From Promethearchaeota archaeon (GTDB lineage: Archaea > Asgardarchaeota > Lokiarchaeia > Sigyniarchaeales > SOKP01), in NCBI GenBank assembly GCA_016840085.1, contig JAEOTA010000022.1, positions 1-64,000 on the forward strand: 64,000 bases of DNA, given 5' to 3'. Each line of letters starts with the position of its first letter. The stretch's first letter is position 1. Shown here one piece after another: positions 50,532 to 60,972 of the stretch. The translations under genes and the position numbers were made by a program. Under the pieces are notes generated by a model. That model made no database searches and was not told the DNA's origin. It worked only from the letters and a program-made list of their open reading frames with translations.

Positions 50532-52025
50532 CTAATAATTAGGTACGCGTTTATTTTCTTCTAATCTTGAATTAATATGTTTTTTACAGTTGTTTTTCTT
50601 CGACCCCGCAATTCTTTGTAGAAGGGGTAAACCCGGTTTTACGCCTTCTAAAGGTTTAGATTCAATTAAGTTATTCGAGATTAGATCGTTGTAAAGGATT
50701 TTACCTTTTTCCGTTCTTATAAGTACTGTATTCCAACCAGAAGGAGAACCAATAGATCCAATTGAAATATCAGCAGATTCAGAAGTCAAATCGTAACACA
50801 TTTCACAATCTTCTCGAGCCAAATGTGAAATCTCTTTTATTGGAACGTTTAACTCATCTCCATTTTTAGTATATACAAAGAATTTTCCTTTATTGATATC
50901 CATCTTTTTAGCATCATTAACATCAACATTTAGCTTCTCACAAATCTTTAAAAGGGATTCATAAGAAAAAGATTCCATACAGAATATTCCAATTTTATAA
51001 ATAATATTATTTAAGGAGGGCAATCCAATATCGTAAATCTCGGATTTTAGGATTGCTTGCATTTGACAAGGTACTCCTACTACCGCGATTTTTTTATTTT
51101 TAAGCTCATTTTGGTTTAGTAATTGTAAATTTGGATTGTTTACATATTTTGTTCCGGCTGTTGAGAGGATATCTTCTTTGTTTTTAAGCAAAATTGGTTC
51201 AGGTCTCCATAATGTATTACTCATTTTTGCTCCTAATGCAAAATCAATTTTATTTTTTTCAAGAAGATAATGGAGACATGTACTCGAAATCCCCCCATCT
51301 TGGCAAATTTCAGAAATCTCCTTAATTTTAGTTCTTGCAGAATAAGCTTCAAGAAAATGACCAACATTTGAATAGTCTTTAATTTCTGGAGTATTTTCTT
51401 GAGCCATATTTATAACCTTTACAGGCAAATATGTTCGAGGACACACAAAATAGCATAATCCACATCGAATACATTTATCCTCGTCAATTTTTCCAAATCC
51501 ATTATAGATATGAAGACAATTTACAGGGCAGATACTAGCGCACAGACCACAACCTGAACAATTCTTAGAATCAAATATAACTTTTACTGGCTCGTATATA
51601 GGTTTTAAATTTGAAATATCTTCTTTGGTTATTGAAATAGATAAGTCTTTAAAAATGAGGGTATCAGGATCATCTTCATGACTCTTAATTTTATCGTATA
51701 ATTCTTCTACTGATACCAGTTTTTCATTTTTTAACAAATCTAGTAAACTCAAAGTGTGATATACTTCAATTGAGTTTTGTGTTGAAAACTCTTTAATTGT
51801 ATTAAAGTTGTTATTTGAACTATTGCTAAAAAAATTAAATAGAGAATATTTTAATCGCTCTTGATCAAACATTTGTAAAAGAATAGCTTCATATTGAGAT
51901 TCATCATAAATACCCGTATCTAATATATCTTGTTTAGCATCAATTAGAGCTCGAATTCTATACGAATCTAAAGCATCCGCTACATCCTTTAAAAATTCCC
52001 ATGATAAACTTTCTTCAGAACTCAT
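50532..52025 (-). CDS. FrhB/FdhB-family F420-binding subunit with 2x[4Fe-4S] ferredoxin domain and N-terminal extension
   Basis: CSGCGLCASICP, CIRCGLCYFVCP, QDGG, AGTKY, VGVPCQ, GIFCMESF, ADISIGSIGSP. Confidence 0.9.
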   Translation of the reverse strand: MSSEESLSWEFLKDVADALDSYRIRALIDAKQDILDTGIYDESQYEAILLQMFDQERLKYSLFNFFSNSSNNNFNTIKEFSTQNSIEVYHTLSLLDLLKNEKLVSVEELYDKIKSHEDDPDTLIFKDLSISITKEDISNLKPIYEPVKVIFDSKNCSGCGLCASICPVNCLHIYNGFGKIDEDKCIRCGLCYFVCPRTYLPVKVINMAQENTPEIKDYSNVGHFLEAYSARTKIKEISEICQDGGISSTCLHYLLEKNKIDFALGAKMSNTLWRPEPILLKNKEDILSTAGTKYVNNPNLQLLNQNELKNKKIAVVGVPCQMQAILKSEIYDIGLPSLNNIIYKIGIFCMESFSYESLLKICEKLNVDVNDAKKMDINKGKFFVYTKNGDELNVPIKEISHLAREDCEMCYDLTSESADISIGSIGSPSGWNTVLIRTEKGKILYNDLISNNLIESKPLEGVKPGLPLLQRIAGSKKNNCKKHINSRLEENKRVPNY

Positions 52026-52079
52026 AATAAACCTTAAATTATTTTTTATTCATAATTTTCCGAAAACCCATACAAAGGG

Positions 52080-52123
52080 ATAGTTCCTTCTCAACTAATA
52101 TTTTCTTGAAAAGATCATTCTAT
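52080..52123 (-). promoter_or_regulatory. Candidate eukaryote-like SECIS element
   Basis: Directly after the mvhD stop: AUAG-A-AUGA-U-CUUUUCAA-GAAAAUAUUAG-UUGAGAAG-GA-A-CUAU (AUGA...AA...GA with upper and lower stems). Confidence 0.55.
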
Positions 52124-52548
52124 TTCGGATTAAATTTTGGTAGAGGAGGGAGTGCTTGAATTTTTTTGGTAATATCTTCAACAGAGTTAATGAATCTCTC
52201 AACTTCTGCTGCAGAACAAAAATATTGTTGAACTCGTTCGTCAGAAATTCCTGCATGTCTTAATAATTTTTTCAAAGTTAATATATGATTATATGTATTC
52301 ATATTTCCATTACCAAACTCGCATTCACCTTCCCTTCATGAGATCACAGCTACACCATCAGCACCATTTAAAAAGGCTTCCATGATCAAATGAATTCCTA
52401 TTCGACCAGTGCATCTTACTCGAATTAAATAGAAATCTGTAGAATATGATTTTCTTGTTACTCCTGTTAAATCGGCTACCGAATACCCTCACTTATCACA
52501 GCCGAATGCTATAATCTTTCTAGATTTATCATTTATTACCTTAGACAT
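52120..52548 (-). CDS. mvhD: MvhD/VhuD hydrogenase Fe-S subunit, selenoprotein with 2 Sec (UGA at 52489-91 and 52336-38), 142 aa
   Basis: MSKVINDKSRKIIAFGCDKUGYSVADLTG...IRVRCTGRIG...GADGVAVISUREGECEFGNGN continues into ORF 52120..52302; both UGAs fall at conserved Cys positions. Confidence 0.92.
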
Positions 52549-52569
52549 TATAATTAACCTCTAAATTGC

Positions 52570-54582
52570 CTATTTTTCAATACTCTCAGCAATTTCATCA
52601 ATAATTTTTATTTCAGTACATCCAATACCTTTTATTTCCTGAATAAATTGTGTGTCTCGATAATATTTTAGGTCAATAGCTCTCGCGGGACAAGAAGATA
52701 CACATACACCGCAGCCTTTACATTTTAAATCGTCAACTTCTGCAATTTCATTCTCATTAACTTTTATTGCTTCATAGTAACATAATTTCTCACATCTATG
52801 ACATCCCATGCATAGTGTTTTATCTACCTCAGCAATAATTAATTCTTGATTAAAAGTATCATGAGATAAAAGAGTTGATGCTTTACTTGCAGCAGCTAAT
52901 GCAGAAGAAACCGAATAAGGAATGTTTTTTGGGCCAGCAGCACATCCAGCTATGTAAATTCCTATATCTTTTGTTTCTTGTGGACTTAAACATCCATGGA
53001 TTTCTGAAAGGAAACCTCCTGGACCCTTACTTAGTCCCATTACATCGATCATTTCTTCAGTTCCTTTTGAAGGGATCATTCCTGTTGACAATACAACTAA
53101 ATCAGCATCAATTTTTATAATCTCACCAGTTAAAGACGAATATGCTCTGACTTTTAAGTTATTCGTTTTAGAGTCTTCGATAATTTCACCTACTTTTCCC
53201 CGAATCATTGTTATACCCGATTCTCTTATTTTTCTATAATATTCTTCATTACCCTTGTCTGTTGTTCGAATATCAATATAGAACATAAACACATCCATAT
53301 TTGGATATTCTTGTCTCAGTAATTGAGCATTCTTAAGTGCAACACTGCAGCAAACGAAAGAACAATACGAATTAGCGTTTATATCTCTGGAACCTACACA
53401 TTGAATTATTACAACCGTTTTTGGTGTTTCTCCATTTGAAATTCGATACACATGTCCACCAGTAGGACCGATAGGACTTAACAACCTCTCTAGTTCTATT
53501 TGTGTAATCACATCAGGATAGTATCCATAATTATATTCATTCGACTCCCATATTGGATATTCATCCCATCCCGTGGCTACAATTGCCGCTCCTACTTTAA
53601 CATCGATATATTCTGTTTCTTGTTCAAAATCAATAGCTTCAGCGGGGCATATTCGTTCACAATTTTTACAATCAATACACACACTTCTATCCATAACCGC
53701 TAATTTTGGTACTGCTTGAGGAAATGGTATATAAATTGCGCTTCTTTCACCAATACCTCTGTCAAACTCGCTAGGAACTTTAATAGGACATTTTGTTGTA
53801 CATAAGCCGCAACCAGTACATTTAGTCTCGTCAACATACCGCGCATTTTTTCTGATTTTAACCTTATAATCTCCAGGTATACCACTAAACTCTATTACAT
53901 CACTATAAGTAAATAAATTAATGTTTGGATGTTTTGATGCATTTACCATTATTGGTGCCAGGACTCATATTCCACAATCATCAGTAGGATATATTCTATC
54001 TAATTGTGCCATTTTCCCGCCAATAGTGGCTTCTTTCTCAACCAAATATACAGGAATGCCTTGGTTCGCAAGATCTAATGCTGCGTTCATTCCAGCAATA
54101 CCCGCACCTACAATTAAAACTGCCTTCTCTACGGGAATTTCTTTTCGTGGTATTGTTTCTAGTTCTCTGGCACGGTTTATACCCGCTTGAACTAATCTTA
54201 TTGCTTTCTGAGTAGCACCTTCTCTGTCCTTAGCATGGACAAAAGAACAATGTTCTCGAAGATTAACCATTTGGAAATAATATGGGCTTAATCCTGCCTC
54301 AGCTAACACAGCTCTATATGTGGATTCATGGATTTGTGGCGTACAAGCTGCAACCACTATTCTATTTAAATCAAGATCAAGAATATCATTTTTTATAATA
54401 TTTTGACCTGGGTCTGAACAGGTAAAATCATTTGTTCTTGCAATAACCACATTATTTATTGCAGCGTTTTTTTCAACATAATCTCTTACAGCATCACAAT
54501 CAACAGCAGCTCCGATATTAACTCCTCATCTGCATACATAAACTCCGATTCTTAGATCATCCTTGGTCTGTTTATCAGACAA
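52570..54582 (-). CDS. hdrA: Heterodisulfide reductase subunit A, selenoprotein with 2 Sec (UGA at 54526-28 and 53965-67), ~670 aa
   Basis: TTG start after AAGGTGA; RIGVYVCRUGVNI...AACTP...NLREHCS...GAGIAG...PTDDCGIUVLAP, continuous in frame with ORF 52570..53949. Confidence 0.92.
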
Positions 54583-54849
54583 CTAGTTCACCTTTTTGTA
54601 AAACTTCACCATTAATTTTTTGTTAATTTGAAATATTATCTTAAATCTAATTGGTTTATGAAATTATTGAAATAATTTATTTTTTCTGATTAGATTTCAT
54701 AATTTCGAAAACAATAACAGAATTAAAAATAAATTGTAATTTTCAAACATTATTTTTTTAAAGAAGATCTTTATAGTAAATCGTTCTTAATTTAGATTAA
54801 TAATTTGATGCATTTTTAAATTTTATATAAGTGGATTGAGTAGTTTTAG

Positions 54850-55611
54850 ATGAAAGATAATAATGATGAATATTTTTACATTAATGGTCAACATTATGAT
54901 TATATGATCAAAAGCAGACAAGCTCATGATTCTATTCCTTTTTATGTAAGGTATGCAAAAATGTATGGTAGTCCAGTTCTCGAATTAGCTTGTGGGACTG
55001 GAAGAATTACCATTCCAATTGCAAAAGAAGGTTTATCGGTTATTGGATTAGATTTCTCAGAAAAAATGTTAGATCACGCAAAGCGAAAATCTAAAGAAAA
55101 TGATTTAGACATAGAATGGGTACAAGGAGATATGATTAATTTTAGCTTAAATAAGAAATTTTGTACTATAATAATGCCTGGTGCTGCGATGAATTGGATA
55201 GTTGACAATAAAAGTATGGAAAATTGTTTAATAAATGTAAGAAAGCATTTAAAACAGAATGGTCGATTTATTTTCGATGCATTTAATCCCGATTTAGATA
55301 TATTACAAAGAGAGGGTTCTAAAATTTATCCGATGTATGATTATCCAAATCCTGAGGGTGAAGGAACTGTTTTTGTAGCTGGAAGTAATAGTTATGATAA
55401 AGTTTCTCAAATAAACTATTTCAATTCATATTATAAATTTGAAGGCAAGGAAATTGTAAAAGAATTGAAACTTCGAATGTTTTTTCCACAAGAATTAGAT
55501 GCATTACTTTATTATAATGGTTTTATAATTGATAATAAATATGGTACTTTTAAGGAAGAACCGTTTAATTCAGATTCAAACCTCCAAATTATAATTTGTC
55601 ATAAGAATTAA
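54850..55611 (+). CDS. Class I SAM-dependent methyltransferase
   Basis: VLELACGTGRI, GLDFSEKML, WVQGDM. Confidence 0.92.
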   Translation: MKDNNDEYFYINGQHYDYMIKSRQAHDSIPFYVRYAKMYGSPVLELACGTGRITIPIAKEGLSVIGLDFSEKMLDHAKRKSKENDLDIEWVQGDMINFSLNKKFCTIIMPGAAMNWIVDNKSMENCLINVRKHLKQNGRFIFDAFNPDLDILQREGSKIYPMYDYPNPEGEGTVFVAGSNSYDKVSQINYFNSYYKFEGKEIVKELKLRMFFPQELDALLYYNGFIIDNKYGTFKEEPFNSDSNLQIIICHKN

Positions 55612-55665
55612 ATAAATAATAACTTACTCGTGAAATTTTTTATTAAAAATTCATTACTACTTTTT

Positions 55666-55851
55666 ATGGCACAACAAGAAGAATCTAAAAAAGAAGAATT
55701 TGCTAAACAGTTTATGACAGAAGAAGGTTTAAAAGGTAAAGCAAGAAGGATTAAAATAATGAAAATTATTGATATGGTCGGTTACGATAAAGGAAAGATT
55801 AAAACAGCCTTAGCGCGCTCTACAATTACGGATAGGATTCAGCATGATTAA
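55666..55851 (+). CDS. Small hypothetical protein
   Basis: MAQQEESKKEEFAKQFM...; co-oriented directly upstream of serS. Confidence 0.7.
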   Translation: MAQQEESKKEEFAKQFMTEEGLKGKARRIKIMKIIDMVGYDKGKIKTALARSTITDRIQHD

Positions 55852-55886
55852 AGAGTATATTTTTAAAAAAAAGAAGGAGTTTTAGT

Positions 55887-57188
55887 ATGCTTGATATTGA
55901 ATTGTTTCGAAATAATTTCGATAAAATATTAGAGTCAGAGAAAAAAAGATTTAAAGATCCATCAAATGCAGAAAAGGTTCTTGAACATGATAGGAAATGG
56001 CGAGGAGCTATAAGTAAATATCAAGAACTAAAGCAAAAACATAATGAAACCTCTCGTCAAATCGGGGAATTTAAAAAAAATGGGAAAACTAAGGAAGCTG
56101 AGGAGGCCATAAGAGCTACAAAAGAATTGAAAGAACAAATAGATGAGTTAGAGCAACTAAAGCAAGAGTATTTTGAACAACGAGAAAAATATCGATATAT
56201 TGTAGGTAACCTGTTGCATGAATCAGTCCCAGTTGCCGAAACAGAAGAAAACAATGAAATTATTAGAACATTTGGGGAATTACCGAAATTTGATTTTACT
56301 CCTTTAAATCATGTCGAATTAATTGAAACTATTGATGGCGCAAACACTAAAAAAGCTGCTGAAGTTGTAGGATCACGATTTTATTATTTAAAAGGAGATT
56401 TAGTTTCACTTAATTTAGCTTTAATGAGATTTGCATTAGATTTTTTGGAAAAAAAAGGATATATTCCGCTATGGACACCCTTTTTCATCAAATATGAAGT
56501 TATAAAAGCTGCTGCGGAATTAGCTGATTTCGAAGAACAATTATACAAAATCCAAGATGAAGATTTATTTATGATTGCAACCTCTGAGCAAACGGTAGCA
56601 GCCTACCATTATGATGAAATTATAGAGCCTGAAAGATTGCCAATTAAATATGCTGGAATCTCTTCATGTTTTAGGAGAGAAGCCGGATCCCATGGTAAGG
56701 ATACACTAGGAATATTTAGAGTGCACAGGTTTGAAAAGGTTGAACAGTATGTTTTTTGTAAACCAGAAGAATCATGGGAATTTCACGAAGAATTAATTAA
56801 AAATGCTGAAGAAATTTACAAAAAATTAGAACTACCTTATAGAATTGTTAACATTGCATCTGGAGAATTAAATGATAATGCTGCAAAAAAATACGACCTA
56901 GAAGTATGGTTTCCCGCTTCAGAAGCTTATCGAGAATTGGTTAGCTGTAGTAATTGTACCGATTATCAAGCAAGAAAATTAAAAATTAGGATAGGAAAAG
57001 TAGGCACTAAGCAACCAAAAGAAATTTTACATACTTTAAATTCAACAGCAATAGCAACTGAACGGACCATTTGTTGTATATTAGAAAATTATCAAAATGA
57101 AGATCATTCAGTATCAATTCCGGTAGTACTTCAGAGATATATGAATGGTAAAAAAGTTATTAAAGCAATAAAACAAGAGGAAAAGTAA
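55887..57188 (+). CDS. serS: Serine--tRNA ligase (bacterial/eukaryal type)
   Basis: MLDI, ATSEQ, CFRREAGSHG, ELVSCSNCTDYQAR, HTLNST. Confidence 0.97.
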   Translation: MLDIELFRNNFDKILESEKKRFKDPSNAEKVLEHDRKWRGAISKYQELKQKHNETSRQIGEFKKNGKTKEAEEAIRATKELKEQIDELEQLKQEYFEQREKYRYIVGNLLHESVPVAETEENNEIIRTFGELPKFDFTPLNHVELIETIDGANTKKAAEVVGSRFYYLKGDLVSLNLALMRFALDFLEKKGYIPLWTPFFIKYEVIKAAAELADFEEQLYKIQDEDLFMIATSEQTVAAYHYDEIIEPERLPIKYAGISSCFRREAGSHGKDTLGIFRVHRFEKVEQYVFCKPEESWEFHEELIKNAEEIYKKLELPYRIVNIASGELNDNAAKKYDLEVWFPASEAYRELVSCSNCTDYQARKLKIRIGKVGTKQPKEILHTLNSTAIATERTICCILENYQNEDHSVSIPVVLQRYMNGKKVIKAIKQEEK

Positions 57189-57190
57189 GA

Positions 57191-58429
57191 ATGATAGAAA
57201 TTTCTTTAGAAGAATTTGAAGATTTTTTTAAAGACAGAATTAATTCCCAATTTGCTAAAATAAAGAAAGCAGCAAATAAATTCATACTGGATATTAAATC
57301 AAACATGATTGACATTAAAATTTGTATGGATCATTTTCTTGAAGTAGGAGAAGAAAAGATTGATGCGAAAGCTCAAAAGTCATTGCATTTTTTCATTGAT
57401 CGAATTAAAAAAGAGATTGATGAAGTTGAGATTCCTGAAAAAGAAATTAATTATGATAATCTAAATGATTTACTAAATTCTATAAAAAAGTTATTTCCTA
57501 TTATAAATGAAATAGCAAGGAAGTCATTACCTAAGTTTCAAAAAGAAGTTCAGTCCCAAATAAAAGAACTTAATTATATTACACGAAAACTTGGAAGTAA
57601 ACAAAAAACTTTGGATGATTTTTTAAGAAAGAAATATACTGGAGTCAAAGAAGCAGAAGATCTACTAAAAAGAATACCAAAAATATTTACTCTAAGGGAT
57701 AATATAGAAAAAGCGAAGATTGACCTAGATACATTCGAGAGTGAATGTGAACAAAAAAAGGAAGATCTTAATAATTTAAATTCAGAATTAATTAAACTTG
57801 AAAAAAATGAATTGTTTCGAAATCTTGAAACTGAGAAAAACACCTTGTTTCAATTAAGGTTAAAAATTAATGATGAAATAGGTTTTAAGAAAGCTTTAAA
57901 AAAATTAAAATTTGATTTGGAGAAAGGGACATACAATATCCCAAATATTGATTTGAATTATCTTAAAGAGTTTCTCAAAAGCCCTATAAAAATGTTGGTT
58001 GAAGAATCTGATAGAACTGATTTCCCAAAACTTTCCAGTTTAATGGTTCAATTACGTCATGCATTAGAAGAAAATAAATTAACTCTAAAATCTGAGACTA
58101 AAGAAAAGACCATTGATCAAATAAATGTTATTTTTGATGAGAAAAAATTACAGCAAGATATTGAGAATTATTTACAAATTAAAAAACGAATTGAAGAAAT
58201 TGAAAACAAAATTGATGATGCCGGCTTAGCTCGGAAATTAGAAGATATAAAAAATAATATATCTTCTACAACTGTAAAATTAGAACATGTAGAAGCAGAT
58301 TATAATCGAAAAAACAAAGATTATACAAGATATCTTAGTAATTTAAAAAGAGAGAGAGAGGAATTTCAAAGTGCAGTAGAGCAAATATTACAAGAACCAA
58401 TAAAAATTAATATCATTTTTTCGTTTTAA
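57191..58429 (+). CDS. Coiled-coil hypothetical protein
   Basis: 412 aa, E/K/L-rich heptads; 2 nt after the serS stop. Confidence 0.8.
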   Translation: MIEISLEEFEDFFKDRINSQFAKIKKAANKFILDIKSNMIDIKICMDHFLEVGEEKIDAKAQKSLHFFIDRIKKEIDEVEIPEKEINYDNLNDLLNSIKKLFPIINEIARKSLPKFQKEVQSQIKELNYITRKLGSKQKTLDDFLRKKYTGVKEAEDLLKRIPKIFTLRDNIEKAKIDLDTFESECEQKKEDLNNLNSELIKLEKNELFRNLETEKNTLFQLRLKINDEIGFKKALKKLKFDLEKGTYNIPNIDLNYLKEFLKSPIKMLVEESDRTDFPKLSSLMVQLRHALEENKLTLKSETKEKTIDQINVIFDEKKLQQDIENYLQIKKRIEEIENKIDDAGLARKLEDIKNNISSTTVKLEHVEADYNRKNKDYTRYLSNLKREREEFQSAVEQILQEPIKINIIFSF

Positions 58430-58451
58430 TGTCTTAGGGTCATCATAGATT

Positions 58452-59183
58452 CTACATTTTCTTTAAAATTTTGAATGCTCTATTATTAGTCGCACTTGTT
58501 TTCTTTATTCGTAATTTTAGATTTTCTTTTAAAAATTTAAATACTTCTTTATGTTTTAAATTAAAGATTTTTAAATATTGGTAAGCGAGAACTAAATCTT
58601 GGGTGATATCAATGTCAAAACCCGCTCGAAATGAATCATATATAGTTATTTTTTCAATACCTTTTTTAGAAGCATTTTCTAATAAAGCAACCAAGGAGGG
58701 AGTGGTTGGATCAGAAAAATAAGATGGAATTATATCGGGGGGATTTCTAGCTAGGATTGATACTCCGGCAGAATGAATGGCAGGACATACAACGAGCTGA
58801 TTTTTTTTTATAAGTGTGTTGATTTCATTAAAATTTTCAGCTGAAATTAAAATTAAATCTAAAAATGAAAAAATAGTTTGTTCAGCATGAAATTTATTAA
58901 TTGCAATATCATTAAGGTCTTTTATAACCATATCAAAAGATTTTGGAGGAGTTGTCAAATCTTCTTTGATTCCAATTAAGCCAAAATCATCTGAGATTTC
59001 CAATATTTCAGGAGTATTACAATATACAATTTTGTGGTCAAAAAAATTCACTTTTGCTAATATAGTGCCAAGATCTTTAAACATCGCAATAGTTAATTCT
59101 TTAAGTTGTTCGACTGTAAAACAGTCTCTAAGACGAGATTTTGTCCTCGTTAAAGGAGCTATAGGTATCAGTAAAGAACTCAT
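58452..59183 (-). CDS. cofC: 2-phospho-L-lactate/PEP guanylyltransferase CofC-like
   Basis: LIPIAPLTRTKSRL...AMFKDL...DLILI...FDIDITQDL. Confidence 0.75.
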   Translation of the reverse strand: MSSLLIPIAPLTRTKSRLRDCFTVEQLKELTIAMFKDLGTILAKVNFFDHKIVYCNTPEILEISDDFGLIGIKEDLTTPPKSFDMVIKDLNDIAINKFHAEQTIFSFLDLILISAENFNEINTLIKKNQLVVCPAIHSAGVSILARNPPDIIPSYFSDPTTPSLVALLENASKKGIEKITIYDSFRAGFDIDITQDLVLAYQYLKIFNLKHKEVFKFLKENLKLRIKKTSATNNRAFKILKKM

Positions 59184-59377
59184 ATTCCTTGTATAAATAG
59201 GTTTCTTCTAAATTCTTTATAATAATTTTAACATCAAAAATAAATTGCAATATTTAAGATTATTTAGTATCTATTTAAAACTATTTAAAAGTTGAATTGT
59301 TATACTCTTAAATACTTTATTAATGTTCTCACTTAGTTTTATTGAAGTCTAATAATTACTTTGTTTCGATAATTTCT

Positions 59378-59941
59378 TTATTTTAACTTATTTATAATCT
59401 GAATTGATAAATTCTCAAATGCTTCATTGACATTTTCATTTAATTTTGCAGAAGTTTCTATGTATTTAACTCCATATTTATCTGCTTTTTCCTTTGCTTT
59501 CTCAAAAAGAATTATTCTTTCTTGTTTCCTGTCAATCTTATTACCCACAATCATAAAAGGAATATCTCCACTAAGTTCGGTTAATTTTGTAATCCAAAAA
59601 TCGATATTATTAAATGATTCTGGGTTTAAAATATCATAAATTACAAATGCTCCTACAGCTTGTACGAAATAGTACTCGTTGGCAAATAAAGACTGTCGTT
59701 GCCCCCCAATATCCCAAAAATATAATTTAAAACCTTTTTCTTTAATATCCTTCTTTAGTTTAGGATTTTTAAGGTCTAACTGATCAATAATTTTTGTTAA
59801 ATCAATTTCTTTAATTAAGAAATTTGCCCCAATTGTTTGTTGATATTCCTCACTGAATTTATCATCAACATACCGAGCCAAAAGACTGGTTTTACCTACT
59901 CCCGCATCTCCACACAAGATGCATTTACCGCGGTAAGACAT
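59378..59941 (-). CDS. Rab-like small GTPase (eukaryotic signature protein)
   Basis: GDAGVGKTS, TIG, WDIGGQ, NKID, ETSAK. Confidence 0.93.
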   Translation of the reverse strand: MSYRGKCILCGDAGVGKTSLLARYVDDKFSEEYQQTIGANFLIKEIDLTKIIDQLDLKNPKLKKDIKEKGFKLYFWDIGGQRQSLFANEYYFVQAVGAFVIYDILNPESFNNIDFWITKLTELSGDIPFMIVGNKIDRKQERIILFEKAKEKADKYGVKYIETSAKLNENVNEAFENLSIQIINKLK

Positions 59942-60063
59942 TTCGCTTTTTCCCCTAATTTACTTTTAAAATAAATTAAATTATAAGTCTTAATTCTGAA
60001 TTTTTCTTTTTTTTATATTTCTAAAAATGTCAATCCAATTTATTTTTAATCATATTAAATAAT

Positions 60064-60909
60064 TTAATTTGTATAGGGTGCCTTTTTAGGTGCTAGTTGT
60101 ATAAGTTTACATTGGCTCGTTATAAAATATTTAAATAAGTGTTCGTAACCGATTAATTGTTTAGGTGCCCCGTTTTCTAACCATAATCCTGAAGTATATT
60201 CTGGAGCTTCTTTTACTTGATCTAAGGTAGTAAGAAGAAATTCGTTATCAGTTATTAATAAACCAAACGGTAAAACATTATCCCCTTCAATAGAATGAAT
60301 TGTGATGGAGATCTTCAGCAATTTTTTTATCTCTTCTTTTAAAACTTCATTATATTTCAATGCAATAACAACTTGAATATTAGATGAAAATTTTTTATTC
60401 CACAGTTCTCTTAATACCCAATCATATCCACCTAGTTCTTGCATGAGTAAATCAGGAGTAATAATAAAAAAAATCCTTACTTCTGCTGAACTAATTAGTT
60501 CCTTAATTTTTTTTCTAATTTTTGATCTCGAATTAATTGCCCAAACACGAGGTTCAGATTCTTCTGTACCTATTTCTAATTCACTTATAACTTTTTCTAA
60601 AACCAAAGTGTCATCTATCTTCTGTTTGTATTCTTCACGTATTACTTTAAAAATTCGCTCTATCGGTATTACCTGATAATTAGCTCCCCTCTTAATAGGT
60701 TCTTTCTGAATGAATCCTTTTTCAATCAACCTATTTAATGAATCATAAACTCGCGCGCGATCTACTCCTGAGTATTTTGCAATATCTGCTGGACTCAAAA
60801 TTTTATATTTACATAATGTTAATAAGACTTTAGAGTCATTTTTTGTGAACCCAAGGGATTGAAGGGCTTCCTCAATTTCCGGTGTTTGAAGTAATTTTTT
60901 GCTTGGCAT
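60064..60909 (-). CDS. TrmB-family transcriptional regulator
   Basis: LQSLGFTKNDSKVLLTL...ADIAKYSGVDRARVYDSLNRLIEKG plus C-terminal effector domain. Confidence 0.9.
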   Translation of the reverse strand: MPSKKLLQTPEIEEALQSLGFTKNDSKVLLTLCKYKILSPADIAKYSGVDRARVYDSLNRLIEKGFIQKEPIKRGANYQVIPIERIFKVIREEYKQKIDDTLVLEKVISELEIGTEESEPRVWAINSRSKIRKKIKELISSAEVRIFFIITPDLLMQELGGYDWVLRELWNKKFSSNIQVVIALKYNEVLKEEIKKLLKISITIHSIEGDNVLPFGLLITDNEFLLTTLDQVKEAPEYTSGLWLENGAPKQLIGYEHLFKYFITSQCKLIQLAPKKAPYTN

Positions 60910-60950
60910 ATTTGGATTGTGTAAGAAAAATCAAATCCATGATATATATT

Positions 60951-60972
60951 TTGACTATATTACATTAGTCAA
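60951..60972. promoter_or_regulatory. Palindromic operator adjacent to trmB TATA box
   Basis: TTGACTA-N8-TAGTCAA next to the ATATATA box at 60942-60948. Confidence 0.5.

Noticed and set aside
52120-54582. hdrA and mvhD as pseudogenes
   Set aside because: All four interruptions are UGA at conserved Cys positions with no frameshifts, which indicates selenocysteine
580-59941. Eukaryote-like prenylation pathway linking the ICMT-family gene and the Rab-like GTPase
   Set aside because: The genes are 58 kb apart, the GTPase has no C-terminal Cys, and ICMT-like proteins are widespread in prokaryotes
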